A stretch of DNA of 64,000 bases from Tubiluchus corallicola (lineage: Eukaryota > Animalia > Priapulida): NCBI GenBank assembly GCA_030141605.1, contig JAQGDQ010000382.1, positions 124,001-188,000 of the forward strand, in the 5' to 3' direction. Positions within the stretch are counted from its first letter, which is position 1. The number at the start of each line of letters is the position of its first letter. Of the stretch, positions 13,901-24,809 are shown in pieces. The position numbers and the translations under genes were made by a program. The notes under the pieces are model-generated. The model saw nothing but the letters and a program-made list of their open reading frames with translations, had not been told where the DNA came from and did no database searches.

Positions 13901-14630
13901 CGCTGACCTACTTTCATTATTTTTACTGGAGTTATATTTTGTTCCATGTATCTGTAATTGACGTAACTTCGATATTGCTTTAGTTTTTTTTTTTATATTG
14001 TTTCTTATGTTGGGTTGAGTTCTTGATTTATATGTAATTATTAGTTTTGTTTTTAATGAGTTTAAATTTTCCGTTTTGTTTGCTAATTTAAATCTTGCCT
14101 CTTCTCATAGCCAAACTTATTTACTGTTTCTAAATTTAATCTTATTTGAACTTGTTGCCTCAATTATTTTCATTTTATTTATTTTTATTTATTTTGTTAA
14201 GTTGCTGATTATTTTCATTTGTACATACCTTACTTGACAGGTCATTTAATTTTCTTTAGTTTGAATAGGGGTGGTTGACTTGGTGACCCTTGGTCTTTTC
14301 GCCACAACGTCTCTTTTCCGTCTTTATTTCAGTTTTTACCTTTTGTTTATGCTTATTTTGTAAAATTCAGAGACAAATAAATTTTTTACTTACTTACCAT
14401 ATAAGGCTCAATGTAATCGTTTTGTCACAACAAACAATAGATAATGATTGTCATTATAAAAAGATTCACATTTTCTTGATAATGCACATATAAGCAATAG
14501 TGGCAATGTAATTTCGCACGCTCTAAGTTTAATTCATCAAAGTAACTATAAAGCAGGACTTACCTAATACAGAGCACCCATGCAGTAGATGTATAAACCA
14601 CACTAGAGGCACACGACTGGTGCTACCCAT
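472..14630 (-). CDS. TGFBR3: TGF-beta receptor type III (betaglycan/endoglin)-like gene, 5' part: signal peptide + orphan domain; continues left of the window
   Basis: Exons 14630-14564, 12825-12506, 4374-4188 and 589-472 all have canonical AG/GT sites and compatible phases (1,0,1,2). Joined protein: MGSTSRVPLVWFIHLLHGCSVLASGSGESRCDIQP...GCSAL...VYIVNVL...LLNSAEVPMLWDV...KFI|VSNGSRVSI...LPKESAQLVDWMSERNRHVTSLTEI...N|DPSAVETC...NIEVASLQSVNHLGC. By eye this matches recalled betaglycan motifs (CELSP, SGC, VHVLNL, LLNSPHPLVW, FLVSEGS, LLNWARKEYGAVTSFTEL, DQVFPPKC, YLQPKAAEGC). Orthology to TGFBR3 versus ENG is not resolved. Confidence 0.8.
719..1117 (+). mobile_element. hAT-type MITE, copy 1
   Basis: Imperfect 13-bp TIRs TAGGCATGAGCAT...ATGCTCACCCCTA. 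The body is homologous to the reverse complement of 19059-19389. The TSD is degenerate (CTGCTTAG/CTGCCCAC). Confidence 0.7.
1192..2046 (+). mobile_element. 5'-truncated non-LTR retrotransposon (ORF2 C-terminus + 3' tail)
   Basis: Broken ORFs 1202..1912 carry LTYAAETW, LKVETGRW and the CNIC..DEQHVVTRC zinc knuckle. AATAAA is followed by an (ACT)n tail. Possible TATAG TSD at 1187-1191 and 2047-2051. Confidence 0.85.
2765..3173 (-). mobile_element. Internally deleted hAT DNA transposon with transposase C-terminal dimerisation remnant
   Basis: TIRs CAGGGCCGTAGTCGGC...GCCGACTACGGCCTTG. The minus strand at 3104-2922 reads TFSALRRVKTYLRSTMTQTRLNNLMTLHVHMDRTDALDLKEIANEFTARNERRRCVFGKF*, the hAT (ZMYM1/THAP12-like) C-terminal motif. 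Confidence 0.85.
3614..4140. mobile_element. Kolobok-like MITE (TTAA target)
   Basis: TTAA|AGGAAAACTGGA...TCCAGTTTTCCT|TTAA, with ~30-bp imperfect TIRs and no ORF. Confidence 0.75.
4188..4374 (-). CDS. TGFBR3: Betaglycan-like gene, coding exon 3
   Basis: ttgcaacag|GTG TCC AAC...GCC AAT G|gtatgt, 187 bp. Encodes VSNGSRVSIHSEENVKVTHKKYLPKESAQLVDWMSERNRHVTSLTEIELRQPRLEMILTVAN. Confidence 0.8.
4621..4902. repeat. 28-bp minisatellite, ~10 copies
   Basis: Consensus GCATAATAATATTTCAGTGCATTGTTTA in direct tandem copies with no spacers. Confidence 0.95.
5740..8390 (-). mobile_element. 5'-truncated, frameshifted CR1/L2-group LINE
   Basis: ORFs 7069..8307, 6873..7106, 6465..6776 and 5972..6340 give the APE tail (SDH), NYRPIS, QFGFR, FLDLSKAFD, GIPQGTLLGPLLF and LWNTLP. 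The 3' end has AATAAA + (TA)n. Confidence 0.9.
10922..11010. repeat. (GT)n/(GTGC)n microsatellite
   Basis: Visible directly in the sequence. Confidence 0.95.
12506..12825 (-). CDS. TGFBR3: Betaglycan-like gene, coding exon 2
   Basis: ttaattgcag|CA TCC GGC...TTT ATA|gtaagt, 320 bp. Core of ORF 12452..12889. Confidence 0.8.
13265..14397 (+). mobile_element. 3' fragment of a CR1/L2-group LINE
   Basis: IYYALVYPYLQYC...HSYSTRSS...GVKLFNSLP (ORF 13486..13773), then a T-rich 3' UTR, the conserved stem-loop at 14269-14305, and AATAAA + (TTAC)n tail. Confidence 0.85.
14564..14630 (-). CDS. TGFBR3: Betaglycan-like gene, first coding exon (signal peptide)
   Basis: cttatctacag|ATGGGCT ATG GGT...GTA TTA G|gtaagt. 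Encodes MGSTSRVPLVWFIHLLHGCSVL; phase 1 matches the next exon. Confidence 0.7.
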
Positions 14631-15389
14631 AGCCCATCTGTAGATAAGAAAGCCATTAAAGGCTTTCTGTTAACATGTAGACAAAGTTATATCCAGAGAA
14701 AATAGCAATTACCCTGCAAAGAAGTCAAAATTCTTACCTTAACCTGAAAAAAGATTTAGCTCTACAATGTTATATGTCTAAGCTAAATCTGAAAATGATG
14801 TACATTCAGCACTATAATATTACATATATATACACGTATATATGATTATTCGTGTAATCAGTATAGCTGATTGGCGTAATGGAAATTTCCTTCATACCAA
14901 AAGAGAGCTTATGATTATATCACTCAAACACTGGCAAAGCCTTGTAGCTTGTAGGTTATCAGCTTGCATAATCATGCAGTGCTCTCTGACAAAAGTTTTT
15001 AGTTATCAGATCAAAGTCACAATCTTTTCACTACGTGTTGTTGTAGAAAAATACACGTCTCTGACTGAAACAGATTGAACACTCAAATAAAATGGTTCCA
15101 GGGGTTCCACTGCCTGCACTTACAGAATAGAGAATTAATGCTTCCAATCTTATAAAGACTGTAGTTAAGTTAAGAATAACATTAATTGATATTTTTGAGA
15201 ACCGGAATTTTGAAGGAAATTTAAAGACCAAGAAAAGGCATACACTAAAGAAGAATCTAATACAATCATTAGGGGTATGATTCCACTGAAATTGCCATTT
15301 ATGAAATATAGTTTTTTGTATCTATACTAACACATTACAAGTAAAAGAATAGTATTCAATTCTTATCTGATATTTATATTGAGTCAATT

Positions 15390-18300
15390 CTATACTATCT
15401 ATCCTAATCAATTCTAATCTAATCTATTCTACCAATTCTATTGATAATTGCCGATGACAATGTGAGGAATTTACAAGGTCAGCGACTTGTAATCCAAGAA
15501 ACCTCAAAACTTTAGCAATCAGCATGGCTAAACTAGATGCGTGCTAAAACAGGTGCGACATCATACTGAGAAGTTATACTAGACAATTTTGCGATTGCGA
15601 TACCCGACTCTCTCCACCTATCAGAGGCGGGCACCTTTATAGGGTGCAAAGTCTATTCTTCTTTAACGCTGATCTTTTATTTGTCTTTTCCAAGTTTAAT
15701 ATCTTTATTTGTCTTTATCCTGTATTCCATACATTCGTTCACTAGATTTCTAATTTCCAGCAATCCTTCCTTTTCACTGTTCATTAATACATCTGAGTTC
15801 AAAATTTTTTTCCATTCTCCATATCTGTAACATCTAAGCATATGTTCAGTAGTGTCATCATCTTCCTCACACACTGGGCATAATAACTGATCCTTAAACT
15901 CATTCTTGTAGTTCCCTTTAACTTTAATCATATTCAGTCTTATTTTCAATATATCTTTAACCTCTTCTGGCTTGCATGTGTCTATGTAATTTTGTCGTTT
16001 CCATTCGGTATGCCTTAAAAATCTTAATTTAGTGCTGCTCCTGCATTTTTCTGCACATTCACTCTTTATACAACATTCAATCTTATTCTTTATTTCTTTC
16101 TTCCATTCAGACTTTTTCATGACCTTCACCCTTTCTTTATTAGCATCTACGGTATATTTTTTTGCAGTCTCAACTACTTCATTATACCATGACCTTTTAT
16201 GTACACTGTTTATTTGCATTTCGAGTACCTCTGATGCTAATCTCTTTGGTTTACTAATCAGTAAATTCCGATAGAACATCAATCTCCTATAATTTACTTT
16301 ATGTTTTAGAGGCCATATGCCTATTTCAGTTACTAATCCCCAGTATGGCATTGATTCACTAAGATTAAATAATGTTTTTAAAGCATTTGCTTGAATCATT
16401 TCTAATTTCTCCCAATCAGTTGCTGTCAAATTTGACCATGTCTCAGAACTATTTAGCACTGCACTCACTGAAAGAAGTTCGTACAGCATTAGTTTTACCC
16501 CTATTGAGCAATCTCCCACTTTCAGCTCACCTCCTATTGTATTGATGTAACTAATTATCATTTTGTTTTTCCCGGTTCGTTTTCCAAACATTATTTCATA
16601 ACTACCTTTTGTATTTATCCAATCTCCCAAATATTGGTATTCCTCTACTTCCTTAACCTCTCTGTTCCTTAGTGTCTCACATAATTCTGGAATCCTTTTC
16701 TTTCGTGTCATGTTAATTCTCATATATTGTGTTTTCTGCATATTGAATGATAATCTTTTGGTTCTTTCAATTTCTTGACAGTTTTTAATCATCTGCTTGA
16801 TTATAGTTTCTTGTCCTATTCCGGCAATATCGTCAATGAATTATAACATACCCACATGTATATTCCTGCCCATTACAGTCCCTGTTGTCACCATCTCATT
16901 AATCCGGTTTATTGCAGCACAACATAGTAATGGTCCCAGCACTGTTCCCTGTCGGACTATTTCATTTATTTCTATCTGGTCTGTTTTACCCAATGGTGTT
17001 TCTATAACTATTTCTGCAATTTCATTCAGTTTCTCGTGGTGATATGCCCATCCTCCATAATTCTGTCAATGCATCCTTCAACCACAACTTATCAAAACAC
17101 TTTTCTATGTCACAAAAAATTATGTACACTTCATTTTTATAAGGTGTACAGATGGTCATAGACCCCTCTGTTTTTTCTTCCGCCACATTGATGAACTCCT
17201 ATGTTTTCTTCAAATTTAACTATTATTCTATTTTTGATCACTTTTTAGTTTACTATTAGTTTACTGAAAATATTTGTTATGAACAGCCCTCGTCTATTTT
17301 TCATCTCTTTCTTGTCACCTTTTCCCTTATAAATTGACTTTATTTTCATTTGGGCCCATTGTTTCGGTATTTTCTTTTGCTTCATTATTTCATTCAGCAT
17401 TGCTGCTATACTATCAGTAAATCCTTTCCCTGCTTGTTTGATCATTTCATTCTTCCATCCTTGCATGTCTGGAGCATTTTTATTTTTTAATGATCGAACT
17501 GCTTCATTCACTTCACTGTTAGTAATTTCTTTTACTTCCTCCTCACTTGCCATTTGTTCAACATGTTTGAAAATTTGTTCAACCCTTGATTCTATCATTT
17601 GCTCATATTCATCCTCTGTCGGGAGTTGGAGTTAACAATTCTTCATAATACTTTTTAAAAATCAACTTAATTTTTCCTGGATCCTCTTGGATCTCACCTT
17701 GTTTATCTCTCGTTGCTATAGCTTCTTCCATTTTAGGTTTATCGATGCACTTTTTGAATTCCCAAAACAACTGCTGGTTAAGTTTTCCATTTACTGTAAT
17801 TGTCTTAACAGTTTTATTTATTCTATTTATTTGTTCCTTCCTTTGCACATCCCTCATCATGTTTTCTATTAATTCAATTTTTTATTTTTATCATTCTTTT
17901 TCTTTCAGTGTCTTCTTCATCGCTCATTTCACGTTTTAACTTACGTCTTTCTTTATTTAGCTTCCTTGACATTTTACTTCCATATTTTTGTTTCCTTTTT
18001 CCTTTTACTGAAAGGCACCTGTCTCTTACTACTGCAACTTGATTAATCCAACCACCATGTTTGCTCTGAACTGATCTGTTACTGCTCCATACTTTACTAA
18101 ATATTTGATCATCAGTTTCTTTTTTTGTATCTGTTCATTTTATTTTTATTAGACACTACTAATTTTTTTATCTCATCACTTTTATCTCTTTTCATTTTGC
18201 TAATCTCAACCCAATCAAATTCACTATATATTGTGTTGTGGTCTGTATATACAATTTTTTCTCGCCACTACAAGTCACTCTGTACACTCCATACAGTTTT

Positions 18301-18405
18301 TGTTCATCAACAAGTGTAAACCTATGTGCATTTACATCATTTGCACTTATTATTATATAATCAATAACAGATTTTTTCCCAGCTTCTTCTCTTGTCCAAA
18401 TTCTT
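15390..18405 (-). mobile_element. 5'-truncated RTE/RTEX-like non-LTR retrotransposon (degenerate)
   Basis: ORFs 18192..18410 (KSVIDY), 17609..17860, 17245..17598 (IYKGKGD..NRRGLF) and 15677..16792 (YQYLG, LNSSETW, CPVC..TTEHMLRC); GIVRQGTVLGP-like and FIDD RT motifs near 16830-16960; ATAG-rich tail near 15390-15445. Confidence 0.85.
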
Positions 18406-18580
18406 GACAATTGATGAAAATCGTCAAGCTTCTTCTCTTGACAATTGATGAAAATTTAATGGCAATTTACTTTATCAATGTCTGACCGGAAAATTTAGCA
18501 AGTTTTACTGAGTTTTATTAAGAAATTGCCCGTTTGCAAGCATACATATTAATTTTTTAACTTTTTTGCCCATCTCTTAC

Positions 18581-18775
18581 CTTTAGTTGCCACAAGCCTG
18601 TTTAGGACAATTTATAAATGTATAAAAGTTTTTAAGCTGTAATCCACGCTTAACGGTTGAGGATCTGCTAATTACCCAGCTTTGTAACAAACAACACGAT
18701 TGACACTGGATTGAAATTTACGAAAAACAACAATTTTTACGGTTTGGCAACGGGCCAAATTAGGTCACATGACCT
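18581..18775 (-). promoter_or_regulatory. Candidate promoter / non-coding first exon of the betaglycan-like gene
   Basis: A GTCATGTGAC E-box-like palindrome (~18764-18773) is followed on the minus strand by a strong donor AAG|gtaaga at 18581. Inference only. Confidence 0.3.
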
Positions 18776-19058
18776 TTACTATACTTCTGTCCTCTATCTT
18801 CCAAAATCATAACCAATTTGAAAGTACATTCTAGCGACCTGTATGAAGCAGCGCCTCAATTAAAAAACTTAGCAAAATAACACTGAATACTGATTAGCAC
18901 TCAGTCTGTGTACATAATCAAGCAAAAACATTAATGATAAAGACTAAAAACATCAGCTAATGCAGGGTCAGTTATGCTTACGGTGTAGAGTATACGATGT
19001 CATAATTATTAGGTGGATGATGATGATAGAGGAGGGGGTGTAAATGACGAGTTATTAA

Positions 19059-19389
19059 TACGGTGACCATTCTTTACTAGAAATTGAATTCGAATCGAAT
19101 CGAATTTGAGACTTTCGAACTTTCGAATCAAACCGAACTTCAGTATGTCAAATTCGAATTGAGATTGAAAGACTTTTGAACAAGTTTTCGAACCACCAGT
19201 AAAAATGAGTCTTATGAAGATGATGCATGTTACTTGATTTTGTTCTGCAGTAAAACTACTAATAATTTGTTTGAAAATGTGCACAGAGTTCATAACTAAA
19301 TTATGCTGACTGCATGATGTTTCAATGATTAAAAAACTCGTCGAATCAAATTCGAACGTTCAAACTCGAATGTTCGATGCTCAAGCCTA
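19059..19389 (-). mobile_element. hAT-type MITE, copy 2
   Basis: Perfect 8-bp TSD GTTATTAA (19051-19058 and 19390-19397); TIR TAGGCTTGAGCAT; TTCGAA-rich subtermini; same family as 719-1117. Confidence 0.8.
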
Positions 19390-19692
19390 GTTATTAATAG
19401 TACAAAACAATTCATTGCACAATCAGTTGAGAAACTATCATGCCCTCAGTATTATTTTTGTGCAGCAGGCTTAATAAAATTATTGTGCATTTCGTTCTGC
19501 CTGCAATATTTATAAAGTCAAACGAAACCCTCACTATTATAAGCTTTCACAACTTAAAATCCTCCAGTCATTACGAATATTCAATTTATTTTAGCATCTA
19601 AAGCTTTTGACTTTTGATTTTGATATTTTGATTCACGTCCTTGTTAGCGGCATTATATTTGAAGAATCGATAGACGTAGACGAATGACATTA

Positions 19693-19696
19693 NNNN
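19693..19696. other. Assembly gap (NNNN)
   Basis: Four Ns at the 3' tail of the LINE. Confidence 1.
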
Positions 19697-22600
19697 ATTC
19701 AATTATTTATTATCTCCGTTAGAACGATAAAAATACAGTATAAAGAATACATGAAATATTTTGAAACAAAGGAGAAGGGCAGCGAAGAACCCGTAGGTTA
19801 TCAAGTCAGCCACCCTTAAATAGTTATGATTAAATAAACTTAATTATGGCATCGTTATCCATTTAAATTTGTATTCGGTTGATGTGTGTTAATTTGGCAA
19901 TTGAATGATAGGTATCGTAATACTGTAGAACATATCGTTTAAATAACGAAAGATTTACAATTCTAAAATAGTGTGAATCATGCGAAGCAAACACAATAAA
20001 AATAACTTGAGATTTTTAAGATAACAGAAAATGCATAATTTGAGCATTAACTAAAAAATCCGGCAAAAAAACAAAAAACAGTAGAATGATCAACCAAAGC
20101 TGTCGAGAAAAAAATATAATAGATTAAACCAAGGAAAAATAAGCCAAATATAAATCATACAAAACAAAACAAGAAACAGAAGCAAATAAGAAAAAACAAA
20201 TCTGAAATGTTGTAATAATAACATCAATGACTGAATTTGTTGAGAAAGAAAATATAATAAATTAAACCATCGAAAAACTATTTCAACTGGAAATCAGACA
20301 AAATGAAATCAAAATATAACAAAAACTTATACAAAATCTTTAAGTGTCGTAGCAATGAAAAAAATATGTATAGTATTACAAGTATATAAGCAAAATGTCT
20401 CATTTATTTGTATCCTGCAATAAGTTGTTTTTTATAGTTTAAAATTAACTTTTTGTAGTTACTGGACTTAACTGGTCTGGTAATGAATTCCACAGCAAAG
20501 ATCCTTGGTGTTTTAAAGAATTCTGGCCTTTAGATGAGTTAAATCTTTCAATAAAATAAGATTGGGTTGTAGCAAACCTAGTAGAGTGGTGATGCATGTG
20601 ACATGCCAAAGTATAATAATTGCTGAAGAGATCTGGAAGTGAATTATTTTTGAATTTATGTACAAACTTGAGCAATTCTAATTTATACAGATCATGTACT
20701 TTTAGTAGATTTAGCTGCAAATACAAAGGTGTTACATGTTCCCTTTTGCTAGTAAATGTTATAAGTTTGATAATCTTGTTTTGTTTAGAAACCAATGATT
20801 TTAAGACCGATGCTGAAGCACTACCCCAGGCGAGAATGCCAGGCCTCAGATATGGCATGACAAGAGAAAAATATAAGAACCGTAGTGCATCTACATTTAT
20901 GTAGTGTCGTATTCTAGCTAATACTCCACTTAATTTGCTAATTTTGTTGACTATATGCTGAACATGTGTTTTCCAAGTAATTCTACTATCTATAAATGTA
21001 CCAAGATATTTGATTTCTTGTGTAGATTGAATAGTACAACCTCCCATATTTATGTTTAAACTATTGTTATGTTGCTTGTTTCCAATTAACATATATTTTG
21101 TTTTTTTATAATTTATCGATAGCTTATTTGCTTGCATCCATTTTATTAATATTGTCCAGTTCCACATTTACTGAATGTTCTAATGTTTTGATATTTTGGT
21201 GTGATAAAAATAAGTTTGTATCGTCTGCAAACAATCTGGTGTTAAATTGCGAACAAGATGGCAGATCGTTAATATATAAAAGAAATAACAATGGACCCAA
21301 TGTAGAACCCAATGATGTTATATCAGCGAGTTTAGATTCCGATGAGTCAATAGACGTAAACTGTTTCCTATTAGTAAGGTAAGACGTGAAAAGCGCAAAA
21401 GGACGTCCCCTGATACCATAGTATGATAACTTATATAACAAAATGTCATGTTGTACCGTGTCGAATGCTTTCGATAAATCTAAAAATATAGCACAAGTAG
21501 TTTTCCCCTTATCAATATTCGCAAGAAAGTTTTCAATTATTTCTGACACAGCTAAAGATGTAGAATGATTTTTTCTGAATCCAAATTGGAATTTAGTTAA
21601 AATTTGTTCTTTTAAAAGAAATTTAGCTAGCCTAGAGTAAATTAATTTTTCAAAAATCTTTGATATGGGAAATAAGAGAGATATTGGCCTATAATTAGTG
21701 GGATTAATGGGAGAATCAGATTTGTAAATCGGGATTATTTTTGCAATTTTCAACACGTCAGGATAGATACCCTCTTCTACACATTTATTGAACAGCATAG
21801 TTAATAATGGAGTAATAATGGACTGTGAAATTTTAAAAAACTGATTCGAGATGTTTTCGGGTCCTGCTGATTTATTGGTTTTCAATGCAGCAATAGCAGA
21901 GGAAACTTCATACTCGATAATTGGCGCAAAAAAGAAGGAGTTCTGATTAGGCATTCTAAGGAAAGAATCAAATGTTATTGGAGTAGGTGGTACTTTTTTT
22001 ACCATATCAGAACCAACCGATGCAAAATAATTATTCATGAATTCACAGATAGCAGGGGGTTCCGTAATCTCAGCATGATTTATTACTAGTTTGGTTGGAG
22101 TTATGCGCTGCTTGTTTTGTCCATTGATCAAATCATTCAATGTTGCCCAAGTCTTTCTAATATTAGTTTTATTATCATGTAGTAAAGTACAATAATAATT
22201 TCTTTTGGCTAAATTTATGAGATGATTAAGTTTATTAGAAAATTGTTTATACTGATTAATTTTTAAGATACTAGTTGTAGTCTTACAGTCCTTGTATAAT
22301 CTACTTTTAGTTTTTATTGACACAAGAATACCTTTAGTTAACCATGGCTTGGAGAAAGTTACTTTTTCAGTTCTTGACAATGTCTTAAGTGGGGCATGTT
22401 TATTAAGAACTTCTTGATATATTTGGAAAAAGGTACAGAAGGCAGAATTAGTTGGCACCTCGGAAAAGTCAACAGCATCGATCTTATTTTGCAAATCCTC
22501 CAGAAATAAAATCATGTTAAAATTCCGTTTATCCCTGATTTTAATTTTCTTTTTAACCATTAAGTTACCAATATTTTTAATAATAGCAAACACTGGTAGA

Positions 22601-24780
22601 TGTTCCGACACTTCATAAAGTATAATACCAGCCAGATATAATTGGATTAGATAGATTATTTGTATATATATGGTCAATAAGTGTCTGAGAATGGTGTGTT
22701 ATTCGAGTTGGTCGTGTTACTAATGGAAAAAACTGATTAGAGTAAAGTAAATTCAAATAATTATGTTTTTTCTTCTATTTGCATAAGATTTAGATTAATA
22801 TCGCCACAGATATAACAAGTCTTTCCTGACTTGTTATTGGCTGATAATATAGAGTCCATCTCGCTGTGAAAATGATGGACATTGGTATTTGGGTGTCGAT
22901 AGATCACTCCAAATGTGATTGGTTTCTTTTTACCAGGTACTTCAACATCAAGCCACATATCCTCAACTTGTATACAGGATTTTTGAGTAATGCTATTACC
23001 ATTCTTACTTGTAGTTACTATTTCTGTATCACAATTAATTTTGTACTCGTCTTTTACTGTATACCTCAAGCCCGATTTAAGATAAATAGCTACGCCACCT
23101 GCGCAAGTTTTAGAATCAACATGCAAGAAAGTATAGTTAGGTAAACTCGTTATAAAAGATTGATTAATTTCCTTCAATCTTGTTTCCGATATTCCAATAA
23201 TATCGGGAGGAACAGTAAAGTGCATGAGTACATCTAGCATATTAGAAAATCTCTTCTGAATACTATTGAGATTAAAATGTACTATTAATAAATCATTGTT
23301 AGACTTTTTTAGATTAGAATTCGTCTCTAGTGCATGCAAACTATAGTATTTACTATCAAACCTGGTAAGATGTGCATCAGGATCAGCATCATCCCATTTT
23401 GGTTTTGCGAGTGAAGGAAAATCAAGTAAAGAAGACAGACAGTATACATTTGTTAGATTTGAAAACAATTCGCATAAATCAGCATCATCAATACACTGAA
23501 AAGGCAAAGATTCATTTATACATTTTAAACAAAAGTAATTATCAGAAGACACAGCATAGTGATTAAATTCATTCACATTCAGCATGGTACACTTGAGGTG
23601 TGCCCACATGTTACAAACGTCACAACAGATACATTTTTGGTTATTTTTACAAGGTTTACAACAGGTTACACATGGAAATTTTTCCATTAATTAATTATGC
23701 TAGAATATAAATTTTGTGATGCAATAACACCTTGTATTGAGTTTTAAAGTTTACCTAGGTCCTCCTCACATTGAATTTCAATGACTTGGCTTGAATCATC
23801 TCTTCGCAAGAACATTTTCCCGTATTTTGTCCAGCAGTACTTCATTTTGTGGTCCTTAGCATAGTCCCTACATTGTTTGTGTAGTTTTCTCCTTGTTGAA
23901 GTCAAGGATTCGTTGATGTAGATGCGGTTATCAGTATACGATGCATAGTCAAGATTTTTAGTGCTTCCGGCATTTCTTCTAGCACCATAAAGTTCATCCC
24001 GTTTGTCACGTCTTGCGAATTTTACAATAATTCGTGGAGGCCCTCCATTTTTAGGTGCTGCCAATCTATGTGATGTACTAATATCTTGCGGGTGCACTTC
24101 CACTCCCATATTTCTGGCTACACTTAGCACTATGTCATTTGTAACTTCATGAGGAAGTACAGGAATTCCAGCTATCTCCAATGTGTCTCTACGCTCATAT
24201 TGTTCTAGTTTGTCTAGTTCACTTTCGGTAGTTTTTATTCTGTTTTGTAATGTTTTAACAGTAGTTTTCAGTACCTTGTTTTCGTCTCTCAAATGTTCCA
24301 TGTCTTGTTGTTATTTGTTCAGTTGTTCTTGAAAACCATCAAATTTGTGGCTTAGAAAATCTTGCGATTTGGTTACCTCAGCAAGTTCTCCCATAAGGTC
24401 ATCATGTGTGCAGTCGGAGGCCACCAAAGATGAGAAAACAACGTAGAATTAGATGATGCGCCCTCATAGAGAGAATGCGGGCTCGGTGAGGTCTACCTTG
24501 CGTACTTCGCGTTGAGCGCACACAATTGTGGGCATGATTCGGATTTTGCGCACAGGGCTATGGTTACGCGCGAAATTCAACCAAGAACAGAAAATGGCTG
24601 CTGCATACAAGACTGTTGTAGTATCCGATGTGAATGATTGAGTTCGAGTGATCAAACAACATGAATTGGATACTACAACTCATTATGTAGTTGAGTCGCA
24701 GCAGAAGCGATGACGTCGGTAAGTGTCTATAGTCTTGGAGTACAATAGTGTCATGGCCAAGTGAGTTGTGGCACATGGCA
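19697..24780 (-). mobile_element. Near full-length CR1/L2-group (Crack-like) LINE with ORF1 and PHD-APE-RT ORF2, disrupted by frameshifts
   Basis: ORF1 23744..~24400: coiled coil, LEQYERRDTLEIAGIP, HRL..PRIIVKF, IYINESLT, WTKYGK. ORF2 22761..23687: N-terminal C4HC3 PHD, ISETRL, YRHPN, GDIN. ORF 21124..22677: NYRPIS, DLSKAFD, LGPLLF, FADD. ORF 20445..21167 is the C-terminus. Long T-rich 3' UTR with the stem-loop at 19777-19815. The 5' boundary is approximate. Confidence 0.92.
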
Positions 24781-24809
24781 GGCGTTTGCAAATTATATGT
24801 TAATAATAA

